NCBI GenBank assembly: GCA_051294375.1
Contig: CM119268.1
Span: 3,128,703-3,192,702 of the forward strand
Direction of reading: 5' to 3'
Length of the DNA: 64,000 bases
Source: Paraspadella gotoi
Lineage: Eukaryota > Animalia > Chaetognatha
A program made the position numbers and the translations under genes. The notes under the pieces are model-generated. The model was not told the origin of the DNA. It searched no databases and saw only the letters and a list, made by a program, of their open reading frames with translations. This document shows, one piece after another, positions 49,359-62,734 of the stretch (positions are counted from its first letter, which is position 1; every line of letters starts with the position of its first letter).

Positions 49359-50565
49359 ACGCTAAGAAGCTCGCGAAGAAAGTGGAAAATTTAATTTCCT
49401 TCCTTTCGAGAAATCAGAGATGGAGGAAGAGAGAGAGAGGAAAGAGAAGGGAGGAAGAGAGAAAGGAAAGAGAAGAAGAGAGAGAAACGAGAAAGAAAGA
49501 GAGAGATCAAAGGAGAGGAATCGAGTGAGAAAAGGAGAAAGAGAAGAAAGAAGAGTAAGAGAGGAAAGGGAGGAAGGGAGAGAGGCAAGGTAGGAGGAGA
49601 GAAAGGAAAAGGAGGAAGAGAGAAAGGAAAGGGAGGAAGAGAGGGAGGAAAGGGAGAAAAAAAAAGGGAAGAGTTAGAAAAACGCTTTTATGTTCATCTG
49701 TTTTTTTTTCTTTCCAATTCTCGGAAATTTTTTTATACAAAATTCACAAAAAGATGATACTTTGCTTAAAACACATGGTTTTTGCATAATTTTTTTATCT
49801 TGAAAAAAGAAATTTAGTATAACCAAAAAAGGATTTTCAGAGCAACTTTTTAAGCATAAACGAAGTGGGACATTGCAACAAGTTCACAGCGCCTATCAAC
49901 GTGAATCCTTCACAATTGACCCGGTGGATCATTTAGTATTACTCTCCGCTCTTGACCATTAGCTACCGCGATCGATCCTTAATGGTACTTACCCTGCTGG
50001 AGCGTAGATAACTCGTTTCGTGGCTGCTTAAATGCTAGAGGGCATAAAGAATATACGCGTTCCACACTTAGTGAATTAACTAAATATTTTACGTATATAT
50101 TTTATTTAACCAACGTTCTTACAATTTTTACATTTAACTAACATTCAAGTATTTCTTTTTCTTATTTTGTTATTTTAATATCACCTTTACTTGTAATTTT
50201 TCTAAATTTAATAAGACAATTTTTACTTTCCTTCCTTCCTACTTGTCCTTTCTTCCTTCTTGTCCTTCTAGTCCTTTCTTCCTTTTTTTCCTTTTTGTCC
50301 TTTCTTCCTTTTTGTCCTTCTTTTCCTCCTCGTCCTTTCCTCTTCTTATCCTTTTTGTTTTTTCTTCCTTCTTGTCCTTTCTTCCTTCTTGTCCTTTATT
50401 CCTTATTGTCCTTTCTTCCTTCTTTTCCTTCTTGTCCTTCCTTCCTTCTTGTCCTTCGACAAATGACGAGAGTGTAACCCATTTGAGGAAACAACATTTT
50501 CTTCAGGCCGAAGACTTGAAGGCGCCTCATTAGTTGTCATGGTTACAACAAATGGAATGGGAACT

Positions 50566-50660
50566 GGGGAGTAATGGGTGATCGGGAGTAATTGTGTTGG
50601 AAGTAATGGGTGTTCGGGAGTAATTGTGTTGGAAGTAATGGGTGTTCAGGAGTAATGGAT
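50566..50660. repeat. 32-bp dimeric repeat (ggagtaattgtgttggaagtaatgggtgttcg), with gcgagtaatgg motifs dispersed to ~50935
   Basis: About 3 units plus dispersed agtaatgg motifs. Confidence 0.85.
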
Positions 50661-51601
50661 ATGGAGTATGGTAAAGGTAATGTATCAATAGTTTCAAAGT
50701 GATAATATAGACAGAAATATAACTATATTTTTCTAAACAATTTACACAATTATATGATTAAACGAGAGGAGATCGTGATCATGACTGGAGCGAGTAATGG
50801 TCAAAGCATCGGGGCGAGTAATGGACACCGAACGATGGATGTAGCGATTAATGGTCATAGAAACTAATAATTGTACTGAACAAAGGATATAGCAAGTAAC
50901 GATCGCACCGAATAATGGATGTAGCGAGTAATGGTCTGTCCAGAATTAATGATCGAAGGTTGAAAGAAACGAAGGAGAAAGAATTTGAAGGTTTTCGCAA
51001 AATGAGAAAAGATTTCCAATCAACTTTTTTTTTATCTTCAAATCGACTTTTTTTTCCGGAAATTTTTTAGGAAATTGAGGTCACGGATGTGTTTTTTTAT
51101 TATATGGAAATGTGTTTTTCTAGTTGAATTGATAACAAAAAATAATATGCATAATTCTAATACTTTCGTCATTTTTANNNNNNNNNNNNNNNNNNNNNNN
51201 NNTTTTATGATGCATCAATAAGTCATTTACTTGTATGTTGATTTGTTATCTCGATTGTGATGTCTGAAAATTAAAAAAAAGTGAAGTAAAAAAACGCCCT
51301 TTGATCAATCGTTTGAATTCGAAGTCAGTCATCTGTCAATAAGTCGGTTTATTTATTTTTTGATACGGCAGATCTCGTTTTTCCGATGAATAAATGTACA
51401 CATGTTGCAGTCGACTATCATTTTGCTCCATTTTTCTTTACTTTTTAAAAAAAAAATAAATTAAAGAGAGCAAATTAACTGATCAAAAACTTTTTAAAAA
51501 CACGCCATATTTTTTTTAAAAAATTACAACTTCGTAATATCTTATCCTTTTTTCTCTGATTTATTTTAACCAGGATCAACGGTGTTGATGTCATCTTGTA
51601 G

Positions 51602-51634
<33 letters not shown>

Positions 51635-51839
51635 GTCGCCTCGTAAATACGCAATGCGCCATCTTTGACGCCTGACGAGACAGAAATCGTACATAACCGT
51701 TTTATGTCATCAAATTTAAAGATGTTTTCAGTCAAAGACTCGAGTAGAGTTGGGTACGTGGCACGAGAGGGCTCTCTCTCTCTCTCGTCTTTATGAAGAA
51801 AGAGAGGGAAGAGAGAGGAGAGAGAGAGAGAGAGGAGAG

Positions 51840-51890
<51 letters not shown>

Positions 51891-52456
51891 AAAGATATAA
51901 AAAACACACGATGTGTAGTAGTAGAGGGGAGAGAGATGGAGGAGAAGAGAAAAGAAGAGAGAGAAAGAGAAAAAAAAAAAAGAAAAATAATAAAAACAAG
52001 TCAAAAAAAAAGGAAAAAAACAAAAAAAAATGGAAATAAAAAGGAAAAAAGAAAAAAAAGAAATAAAAGAAACAAAGAAACAAAAAAAAAAAAAGAAAAA
52101 GAAAGAAGAAAGAGAGAGAAAGAAAAGAAAGAAAAAGATAGTACGCCGTCCTGGTCCTCGACATCTTTCTCCTCCTCCTCCTCCTCTCCTCGCTTCCTCC
52201 TTCCTCCTCTTCTTCTCTCCTCCTACGCGTCCTTTCCTCCATTCTCGATTCTCTCCATCTTCCTTCATCTTCTCCAGGACTTTTCTTCTCTCACCTTTCG
52301 CTTCGTCGTGTCCGCTTATACGTGTCGTCCATCGTCATCGTCGTCATTATTCGTCATCATCGTCGTGCCGTTCGGTCGTCGTCATGTCCATTCGTGGTGT
52401 TTTCGGAAAAGATTTCGTTTTTTTAACGACTTTTCTCTCCCTTCCTGAAAGTGTTT

Positions 52457-52540
<84 letters not shown>

Positions 52541-52577
52541 TCTCAATAGATGGAATTTTCTTCGGATTTGACTTCGA

Positions 52578-53025
52578 AATTAAAATCACCTTTCTCGGGA
52601 TAATTATTCTGAAAAAACCGGGATTTCATTTTACGTATCGTCCTACCTTAGATTCGAGTTTTCCGCCAAGGTAAGTCTTTTTTCTTTTGTCTCGTAAACT
52701 TAGGACTTACCCTACTGAATTTTTTTATGATTTCTTAGATTCAGAGCTTTTTAATTTTCAGGTTTTAACCTAAAACATATATACGTACAAGTTTATACAG
52801 TTTTTAAACGTTCTAAAAGTTTTTTATATTAATATAGTATACTTATAGATTTATAAAATTTACCGCGATAAATTATCACAGATGTTTTCGGTATGAAAGT
52901 CGGTGTTCGGTTAACTGACCGTTCAGAAACGGCAATTTCAGAAACGGCAATTCAGTCGAAACAGAAATGGCAATTTAAAAAATGGGAATTCAGAAACGGC
53001 ATTACAGAAACGGTAATTCAGAAAT
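52578..53025 (+). repeat. Interspersed repeat with 14/15-bp (tcagaaacggcaat)n array; second direct copy at ~56005-56452
   Basis: Near-identical ~450-bp copies differing by small indels. Confidence 0.9.
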
Positions 53026-53099
53026 GGCGACGAAATTACCCAAAATTGGAAATGCAGTGATCTCTCTTCTCTCTCTGCTTCTCTCTCTCTCTCTCTCTC

Positions 53100-53169
<70 letters not shown>

Positions 53170-54123
53170 TCATAACGATAGAATAAAAGTAAAAAGGTAA
53201 CAAAAATCCAATTGGTTCTCGACAAAAAAAAAAATAAAAAGAAATAAAGAAAAAACGAGATAAAAAGATAAAAAAAGAAAAGAAAAAGAAAAAGAAGAAA
53301 ATCGATCTTTCTGGTGGTGTGTGCGTGATGTGTGCGTGTGTGGCGTGTGAGTGCGTGTGTTTGTCTGTGTGTGTGTGTGTTGTTGTGTGCATTTACGTCA
53401 CATGCAAACCAATGCTCTTGTTATTTTGGCGTGTGTTTTTTAAACTTCCTCCACGAAAATGACTTCTTATTCTAAGCCCACCCAAAAATTATGAATAATG
53501 AATATAGATTAATAATTGATTAAATCGATTAATGATATACGTACGAGTCATCATTCATGTCTTCACGAACATCCACGAAATTGCTCAGCTTTCCGGGATT
53601 CGATTCTCTAGTTTTTTCCATCGACGTCAGTTTCCCTTTTTTTCTCCCGCAGCGTCGCCATTAGCATCATTATCACCATCATCATCATTCGTCATCTTTC
53701 AACATCCTCATAATCATCGTCGTCGTCTTTGTCATCATAAACTTCATCATCGTCATCGTCACTAATCATCGTCGTTCGTCTTTGTCATCATAAGCTTCAT
53801 CATCGTAATCATTATCATCGTCATCCTTATCATCGTCTACCATTTCATTTTCGTCTTCGTCATCGTCTACGTCGGTCGTCTTTGTTCGTCGTCGTCGCCA
53901 TTACAGGCATTTTTTTTACTTTGTTGTTGTCAACACGGACTCTACCAGTTTGGTTCGCATCTCGTCACGTAAATTTCCAACAACAATAGCATCCACCTTC
54001 ATCTTCTTTTGTAGAAGCAGCTAAACACCTTTTTCCTTCGTTCTCGTCCGTCGTCTTCGGTCTCGCGTCATCGTTCGTGTCGTCACCACCCAGGAATTCC
54101 CGACGACGATTCCATTAATTTAC

Positions 54124-54375
54124 CTTCTCTTTCATTATGTTGATGGAACCATTTGCTGTTCGGAGAGTCGCCCTCCGCGCCGCCGCCGCCACAGCCGCCG
54201 CCGCCGCAGCGCTGCTCGCCATCCTTTTCACGGGGAAAAGGTCGAGAGGAGTGCCTTGGGTGGTGGAGCAAAGGTGGGGTAGTGAGTTTGAGGGTCGGTG
54301 GTGAATTGTGGTCGTTAATCCACAAACTCGATTCGTGAGGTGTGGTCCCCAGAGATAAGTCTCAGAGAGGTGGCA
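54124..54375 (-). CDS. Candidate 252-nt phase-0 exon with polyalanine
   Basis: cctag| ... AAG|gtaaat. Open frame CHLSETYLWGPHL...PVKRMASSAAAAAVAAAARRATLRTANGSINIMKEK. Confidence 0.3.
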
Positions 54376-54759
54376 CTAGGTGCAGGATCACGGCGGGTCA
54401 TGGAGGAGACCCGTGAAAAGTGGCTGAAAGGATTTCCCAGTGACTCACTATGACGAGTGAGTTTGACCAACACAACCTCGACCACAGAACGACGACCACA
54501 AAATTTCTTAGATCGAGGTCGCTGACCCCGAAAAATGGTCAAGTGAGATATTTACATCCTCAGAATGTGGAGTGCGATTGTTGACTGAACGTATTGTTTG
54601 TTCGCTATATTTTTTTTTATTCAAAAATTGTTTTTTTGTTTTATTGTTATATTTGTCGTTGTCATGTGTTTTTGTTTGTGTTAGTTTTGACGATGAGTTA
54701 ATGAGGACGTTCCTCGAAATCCGTTCATACCAACTTAAGAAGCAACTATTTTCCTTCTC

Positions 54760-55995
54760 TTTTTTTTTCGTCCTTTGATTCTATATCGTGCGACTTAAAT
54801 GCGATTTGGAGGGAGAGGGGGAGAGAGGGAGGGAGAAAGGAAGGGAGAGAGGGAAAGTGGAGCGAGAGGGAGGGAGAGGTGGAGGAAGTGGAGAAAAGGC
54901 GAGGGAGGGAGATGGGGAGGTAGAAAGGAGGGAGAGGGGAGGGAGAAAGGGAGAGAGTGGAAGAGAGGGAGGAGGAGGGGAGGGAAGAGGAAGGTGAGAA
55001 AAAAGCGGGAGGAGAGGGAGAGAAAGGACCGGAGGTCCAAGGGGGGAGAAAAGGGAGAGAAGGGGAGGGAGAGAAGGTGAGGGGAGAGAGTAAAAGAGGA
55101 GAGATAAACAGGGGGAGGAGAAACGAGAAGAATAAAGAAAGGACAGGAAGGGTAAGAGAGAAAAGGGAAGAAAGAGAAGGGAGAAAGAAACAGAAAGAAG
55201 GTGGAGGGAAGAAAAAAAAGGAGTGGGAACGTTTGAAGAGAAGTTTGGCGATGGGTAGAGGAAGGAAGGAAGGAAGGTGAAGTAAGGGAAGAGTAGAGGA
55301 AGGAGAGGTGAGATGAAGAGAAGAGGGAAGAGAAGAGAGATAGAGATAGAAGAGAGAAGAAGGAGAAGAGAAGAGAATGAAAGGAAGAGAAGAGGAAGGA
55401 GGAGAGGTAGGAAGGATTAGAAAGAGAAAAGAGGAGAAAGAGATACGAAAAGAGAAGAGAGGAGAAAGGAAAAGAGAAGAGGGAGTATAAGGAGAAGTAT
55501 TTGTAGAAGAGGTTGAGTGGGCTCGCAATGAAGAAAAGAAAGGAAAAGAGTTCAAATAAAGGAACAAAGAATTAAGGAAACGAAAGGAAAAGGGGAAAAA
55601 GTAGCGAGAGACAAATGAAATGAGTCTTTCCTCGAGGAGTGGCGATAATTTGCATGTGTTTCTTGTTGTTTTCTTTTTTTGTTGTTTTTGTTTTTCATTT
55701 TTTCCTTCGTATATATTGAGCCATGAATCTTCTTCGTCGCTTCTCTATCGGTTTGATAGGTCGCATCAATCAGAGAGCAGAGAAGAGTCGTTGTTTTGTT
55801 GTTAGTTGTTGTCTCGTCGTCGTTGTTTTTTGTTTGTTGTTGCTGTTTTTTAAAAGGAAGGAACTTTGATATGCAACCAAGAAATGAGATTGACGTTCAT
55901 CAATCTATTTGCATATTTGTTCGGTATGACATTGACTTTTCATAAAATTCTGTTACTGTGTCATTTCATGTTCTGCAATTTCACGATTCACTTTT
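54760..55995 (+). repeat. ~1.24-kb arm of a long inverted repeat; partner at ~62735-64000
   Basis: Both the unique part (55500-55995) and the purine-rich part are the reverse complement of 62735-64000, with indels. Confidence 0.9.
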
Positions 55996-56963
55996 ATCTC
56001 TCTCAATTAAGATCACCTTTCTCGGGATAATTATTCTGAAAAACCGGGATTTCATTTTACGATCGTCCTTACCTTAGATTCGAGTTTCCGCCAAGGTAAG
56101 TTCTTTTTCTTTTCGTCTCGAAACTCAGACTTACCCTACTGAATTTTTTTATGATTTCTTAGATTATCAGAGCTTTTTAATTCTCATGGTTTAACCTAAA
56201 ACATATATACGTACAAGTTTATACAGTTTTATAACGTTCTAAAAGTTTTTTATATTAATATAGTATACTTATAGATTTATAATATTTACCGCGATAAATT
56301 ATCACAGATGTTTTCGGTATGAAAGTCGGTGTCGGTAAACTGACCGTTCAGAAACGGCAATTCAGAAACGGCAATTCAGAAACGGCAATACAGAAATGGC
56401 AATTTAAAAATGGGAATTCAGAAACGGCATTACAGAAACGGTAATTCAGAAATCTACAACCTCACAGGGTATTATAAAGACGTTAATTTAAACGGTAACT
56501 GCATATTTATACACAAATCGCCTGCACAACTGACTCTTCCCCCTCTCCTCTCTCTTCCTCCTCTAATCCACACCATTGTCCTTCCCTTCCCCTTCCTTCC
56601 ATCTCTCCCTCCCTCCCTCCCTCTTTTCTTTCCCTCCCTTCCTTTCCCCTTCTTCCCTCCCTTTCCTTCCTTCTCTCCCTCCTTTCCTTCCCCCTTTCTA
56701 TCTCCCTTCCCCCCTTCCTACCTCCCTTCTCTCCTTCCCGTCCTCCCTTCTCTTCCTCCCTCCCTCCTTTCCCCTTCCTCCCCTTCCTTCCTCTCTCCCT
56801 TCCTTCCCCTTCCTCCCTCCCTTCTTTTCCTCCCGCCCTCCCTTACTCTCCCTCCATCCCTCCTGCTACTAGCTTACATTAACTCCCCACACAATTATCC
56901 CCATAAATCATCTTCCCTGACGTCAACGGAGAAAAACTGGATGACGACACATATCACGACCTC

Positions 56964-57046
<83 letters not shown>

Positions 57047-57106
57047 GGCTGGCAATCATCGGCGGATGACTTTCATGGTTATGGACAAAAACAGCGACGA
57101 CAAAAA

Positions 57107-57896
57107 CCTATCGAGATGATGTATGGAGGCCATTCCTGGTGGGGCAGGACAATGGCTTAGGATTAGGAGAACATGGTGAAGGAAGAGAGGACATGGTGAG
57201 GGCCAGGGTGAGACATGGCTCGGAAGGACGGTGAGTTTCATCCCTTACTCGAAGGGTCAGGCTCTGTGAGGATTAGTTTGGCTGAAGGACTACTCTCCGT
57301 ACCTTCTTTGCCCCCTCGACAGGCATGGAACGGTCTTGGGTTTTTGAACAGGTTTGAGGTTTTTCCGGACCCTTAGGCGGTTTTTACGGGCCGTCTTCAC
57401 GCTTCTTCTAGGGTAGGTACTGTCCGCTGGGTGACAGTGAACGAGTCAAGTTTAGAGACCGGGGTGAACTTAAACCTATACGAGTGAAGTAAAAGTCAGA
57501 GAAAAGATATAAGCGAGACTGAGTAGTTTATTAAAGGCATAGAGAGAAGGGGATACTTTTTAATTTAAAATCGGTTTGAATATGTTAATTTTAAAAAAGG
57601 CGAAAAATAATACTTTGGTGAAAAGAAGAGACGAATCGTTTCCCGCCACTTCTGTTAGAGACAAGTCGTTTCGCAAACATGCTGCTGCTGATTCGCGCTT
57701 TCGGCGGCTTCTGCAGCTGCCGCTGTATCGCGACTGATTTATACACGTCGATGTCGTCGAAATTCAGTGATGGATTCTTATTCGACCGTCGAAGGAAGAC
57801 GAAACGGCAGTTTTGTTGCTGTTTCGTCGCTGTTTCGTTACTGTTTCGTTTTATCTTTTTTGCAATTTTCTCGTTCTCTTCGTCTTGAGGAGGAGT
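57107..57896 (-). CDS. Two candidate minus-strand exons of a low-complexity protein (57612-57896 and 57107-57475)
   Basis: Frames such as QDEENEKIAKKIKRNSNETATKQQQ...NFDDIDVYKSVAIQRQLQKPPK and acceptor ttcactcgtatag|..FKFTPVSKLDSF. They are separated by an AT-rich intron-like spacer, and the frames are broken by probable indels. Confidence 0.25.
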
Positions 57897-58039
57897 TTAA
57901 AGGCGTCAGGCGGTTGTGATTCCGTTAGACAACGGCATCCGGCATCAGGCGCTACCCAGCAACGTCAGGCAGAATCAGGCGGCGTTTTTCGAAAGCCATA
58001 AATCCCAGAAGGACGTCGATGTTTAGTCGCTTTGAGACG

Positions 58040-58380
58040 AAACGACGACGACGAAAATATTGACGATGAAGAGCACGACGACGACGAACACGACGAATAA
58101 CAGTATTGAGGAAGAAGAAAATGAGACACTAGACGACGACGATAAAGACGATGATTATGAAGACGATGACGATGAAGACGATGACGATGAAGACGATGAC
58201 GATAAAAACGATGACGATGAAGAACGATGACGATGAAGACGATGACGATTTTAAGACAGATGACGATAAGACAAGGATGATGAAGATGACGATTAATGAG
58301 ACGACGACAATAAAGATGATGAAGACGACGACGATGAAGACGACAATGATGAAGATGATGAAGACGATGACGACGGAAAC
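58040..58380. repeat. (GAC/GAT/GAA)n degenerate trinucleotide tract with a 15-bp higher-order unit
   Basis: gacgatgacgatgaa repeats. Confidence 0.88.
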
Positions 58381-59109
58381 GAAACAGTAACCAAACTAAA
58401 ACAAGAAAACGAAAAACTCGATCGATTTGAGTTGAAAAAGAAGAAGACGACGACGAGAAGAAGAAGAAGAAGAAGAAATTGAAGAGCTAGAATAGATCGA
58501 TCATTTAAGGAGAACAAATACTGAAATAGTTCATTGGAAAAAGACAAAAAAAAAGACTTTTTTAACAATGAAAGAATGAAATGATACGAAGGGAAGAAAG
58601 AATATCAATAAAAGATATGATTAAGAAAATGATATTATTAATTAAAACTATTAATAGAGGATAGTATGTTAATAACAAAAACCGACAGACGACAAAAACA
58701 GATGAGACGACTCTATAAATACGCCAACGACGACGACAACGACGACAACGACGACGACAACGACTAAGACGAAGACAATGCTTGGCTGTTAAAAACCGTG
58801 ACGTCTCTCACAGATGCGCGCAGAGAGGATTTGATTTTGAGCAAAGATAAAAAAAGCGAGAGAGAATTTCAGACGATAGACGGACTGACAGGACTCGGCG
58901 ACTCGCGACTCGCGACTCCGAAAAAAAAAATGTGAGTGACGCAGATTTAGAGGAGAAATTGTCGAAAGCAGAATGGAAATGTGAGGATTAGGTAAAAAAG
59001 GGGAAAAAAAAGGTCGTGAATGGAGTTTGTGAATTTTTGGTGATAAAGATAAGGAATAAAGAAAATTGTGATTATGTACAGAAGCTTATATGTGAGGATA
59101 GGAAGGAAG

Positions 59110-59161
<52 letters not shown>

Positions 59162-59304
59162 GAGAGACGACGAGAGAGAGAGAGAGATTGCAAGCCATGG
59201 CTAAGAATATCGCTGAAGATGCAGGTTGTTCCGGAATCGTTGGAAAATTACGATCCGAGCGAGAAAAGATGAACTGAAAAGATGGTAAGGAAGACGGGGA
59301 GCAA

Positions 59305-59397
59305 TGGAAAGAAAGATAAGAAAGAAAGAAAAAAGAAAGAAAGAAAGAAAGATAAGGAAAAGAAAGAAAGAAAGAAAGAAAAGAAAGAAAGAAGAAA

Positions 59398-59428
<31 letters not shown>

Positions 59429-59433
59429 AAAAA

Positions 59434-59490
<57 letters not shown>

Positions 59491-59494
59491 AAAA

Positions 59495-59538
<44 letters not shown>

Positions 59539-59640
59539 ATATATATATAAATAAAAAACAAATAAAGAAATAAAGAAATAAAAATAAAAAAATAAAGAAA
59601 TAAAGAAATAAAGAAATAAAGAAATAAAGAAATAAAGAAA
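59305..59640. repeat. Compound (AAAG)n/(AAAT)n/(AAATAAAG)n microsatellite
   Basis: Read directly from the sequence. Confidence 0.93.
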
Positions 59641-59920
59641 TTAAGACAGAAAGAGAGAGAAATAGAAGAAAGAGAGAAAGAAAGAAAGATATACTAGCTC
59701 AGAGCGTTCTCGCAATAAATATTTACAGTTAAAAAAAAAAACTTTCGAATCGCTAACAAATAACGAAAATACTTTTTTTTAGTACATCGTTGAGCTAGGG
59801 GACACGACGAACAAACGACGACGACAATGATGACAACGACAATAACGACGACGACAACGTATGGCTGCCCCGGGAACTCGAATGAACATCCATTCCGTCC
59901 AATGCCATCGACGCTTCTAT

Positions 59921-59959
<39 letters not shown>

Positions 59960-61265
59960 AACCTCGCCTTCTCTCCTTTTGCACCCATCAACTCGATCGC
60001 TCTCCAGCGTCGTCCTATGCGTCTACAAACCCCGTTTTCCTTTCTTTCTTGTCGTCTTTCTTTTCTTTGCTATCTTTCTCTCTTTTTTCTTTTATTTTTC
60101 TCTGCTATCTTTCTCTCTTTCTTTTCTTTTTTTTCTAACCTTTCTCTATTTCTTCTTTTCTTTTGCTATCTTCTCTTACTTTCTTTTATTTTTTTGCTAT
60201 CTTTCTTCTCTTTCTTTATTTTCTTGCTATCTTTCTCTCTTTCTTTCTTTTCTTGCTATTCTTTCTCTCTTTTTTCTTTTCTTCGCTATCTTTCTTATTT
60301 TCTTTCTTTTCTTTTTGTATCTTTCTCTCTTTCATTCTTGCTTCTTTATCTTTTTTTTCTTTTCTTTGCTTTCTTTCTCTTTTTTTTCTTGCTTGCATAT
60401 TCTCTCTCTTTCCTCTTTTCTTTCCCCCTTTTCTATCTTTTTATCTCTTCTCTCTATCTTTCTCTCTTTCTTTTCTTTTTCTTTGCTATTTTCTCTCTTT
60501 TTTATTTTTCTTTAGCTATCTTTCTTTCTTTTTTTTCTTTTCTTTTTATAGTTTTTATTTTTCATTTTAAATCTTTCTTTTTTCCCTTTCTTTCTGCCTT
60601 TCTTTTAGAAAGCTTTCTTATTTTTTACTATCTTTCTTTCATTAATCTTTCTTTTCTTTTATATCGTTCTCTGTTTATATTTTTTTTATTACTTTTCCTT
60701 ACTTTAATCTTTCTTGCTTTTTTTATTCTTTTTTCTTTCTTTCTTTTCTTTCTTCTTTCTTTCTTCTTTCCTTTCTATTCTTTTCTTTCTTGTTACTCGC
60801 CATCTTTTCTTATTCTCCCCTTACCACGAGACCCGTTCTCTATTGTTGTCTCTGTCTTAAGTAGAACGAAAAACTCTTAATTGACTCACGACGACAACAG
60901 AACAAAAGACAACAACGACGGACAATCTCCAAATGTGATTTTGATGGTAGAACCTTCTAACATAAAGCGCGTAGGAGAAGCAGAGAAGAGAGAGAGATAG
61001 AGAGAGAGAGAGAGAGGACGGGAGATGAGAGAGAGAGATGAGAGAGTCAGATGATTAGAGAGAGAGACGAGAGGAGATGAGATGAGCAGAGCGAGAGAGA
61101 ATTAGAGAATTAGAGCTGTGAGTTAAGAATATTGAGTAGTTGAAGAGGCGCAAAAAAAGTAGCAAGGTAGAACGTTCTCGACGCGAGAAAATATCCGAAA
61201 GAGAGAGAGAGATTGAGAGAGAGAGAGAGAGAAGATGAGAGAGGAGAGGAAGAGAGAGATGAAGA

Positions 61266-61298
<33 letters not shown>

Positions 61299-62734
61299 GA
61301 GTTATTGATAAATGCTAATTTACTTTTGTCGATGCGCTTCGCCGAAGGGAAGAATGGAGAGAAAATGAAAAAAAGAAATTAGATAATATTTTTTAATTAT
61401 AAATTAGAAATTGAAGAGAAATAGAGGAAAAGTTGAAAAAAAATAAGAAAGAAGAAAACTAAAATAGTAAGGAAAGAGAGAAAAAGGAAAAAGAATTAGA
61501 AATATTTTTTAAATTAAATAGAAATTAAAAGAGAAATAGCGAAATAAGTTTAAAAAAAAGAAATGAAAACTTTAAAAAATAATAAGGGAAGACGAGAAAT
61601 AAAGGAAAAAAAGGGATCTTAAAAAAAAAAAAAAAACTGGAAAGGAAGAGTCTATTCATTTTTTAAAATTATTCCTCAGCAACCAAGGGTTTATTCGCCA
61701 AGGGAAGTGGAACGGCGTTCTCACAATGTTTATGCCATCGTTATATCCAACCGTGTAAATATTTCATTCCATCGCGGATTTATGGGAACTTTTTTTTTTT
61801 GAGTTAGACTTTTCTTAGCGAGGACGGATCCACCTTTTTCAATTTTTAATCCACTCAAAACCTGACCACAAGTTCGATAACCTTTGTCTCATCGCAGACT
61901 AACTTAATTAACCATATAAAAAACGCCACGCCCCGAAAAAAAACTTCACCAGAAACTTCAATACTCACATTTCATGATAATAGTGAAACATCTTAAAACT
62001 TCAAATTTTAGTACGAGCGTCCTATCAAGATATTTTTCGTAAAATATGGATGGTTTGTCTGTGTTGGAATGCATTCCCTTATTAAGTAGGTTAAACGTCT
62101 TATTTGCGCTCATCATTTCGTTTTTCAAAAAACCCTAATTTGAACTAGAGAATATAAAAATTTTATACTTTTTCGTCTAAATTTGAGAGATGACATTTTT
62201 TTTCTTTCAGTCTGCTTTCACCACAACTGCAGCGACCACCCTAAAAAATATTCCACCCCCCACAACCACTTACAAACCCATTCTCCCACTTCTCTCCCCT
62301 CTTCTCTTCTCCCCTACCTCTCCCCCCCCCCCCGATCCCCTCTTCGGCAGCTGCAAGTCCGGAATGCAGCGCGAAAATGGGCAATGCCGAAGGTAAATGG
62401 TCCGAACGGTCGACGGCCGGAAGTGTGCGGGAGTGGTGGTGCTCAATTCGGCCCTTAAGGCTGGAGTTAAGGAGATGCGGTGGACGAGAAAGTCGCCGGG
62501 TTCGATTTCATCTTTCTGGTCAATCCAATTTCAATATCAGTCAATCATTATTTTTTTAAAGTTTTATATTCGATTTCTTGGGGTTTTTTTTCTTGCCTTC
62601 TTTTCGCTGCCGAGTTACTTTACTAAAAGAGAGATAAGGATGAGAGAGTTAGAGCGAGAGTGAGATTGCTACTAAAAATTTCAAGTCATAAAAACTCCCA
62701 ATCAATCATTATCATCAATTTTCTACACTAATGA

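Noticed and set aside
62430-62510. tRNA/SINE suggested by B-box-like ggttcgatt
   Set aside because: No cloverleaf, and no convincing A box at the right spacing.
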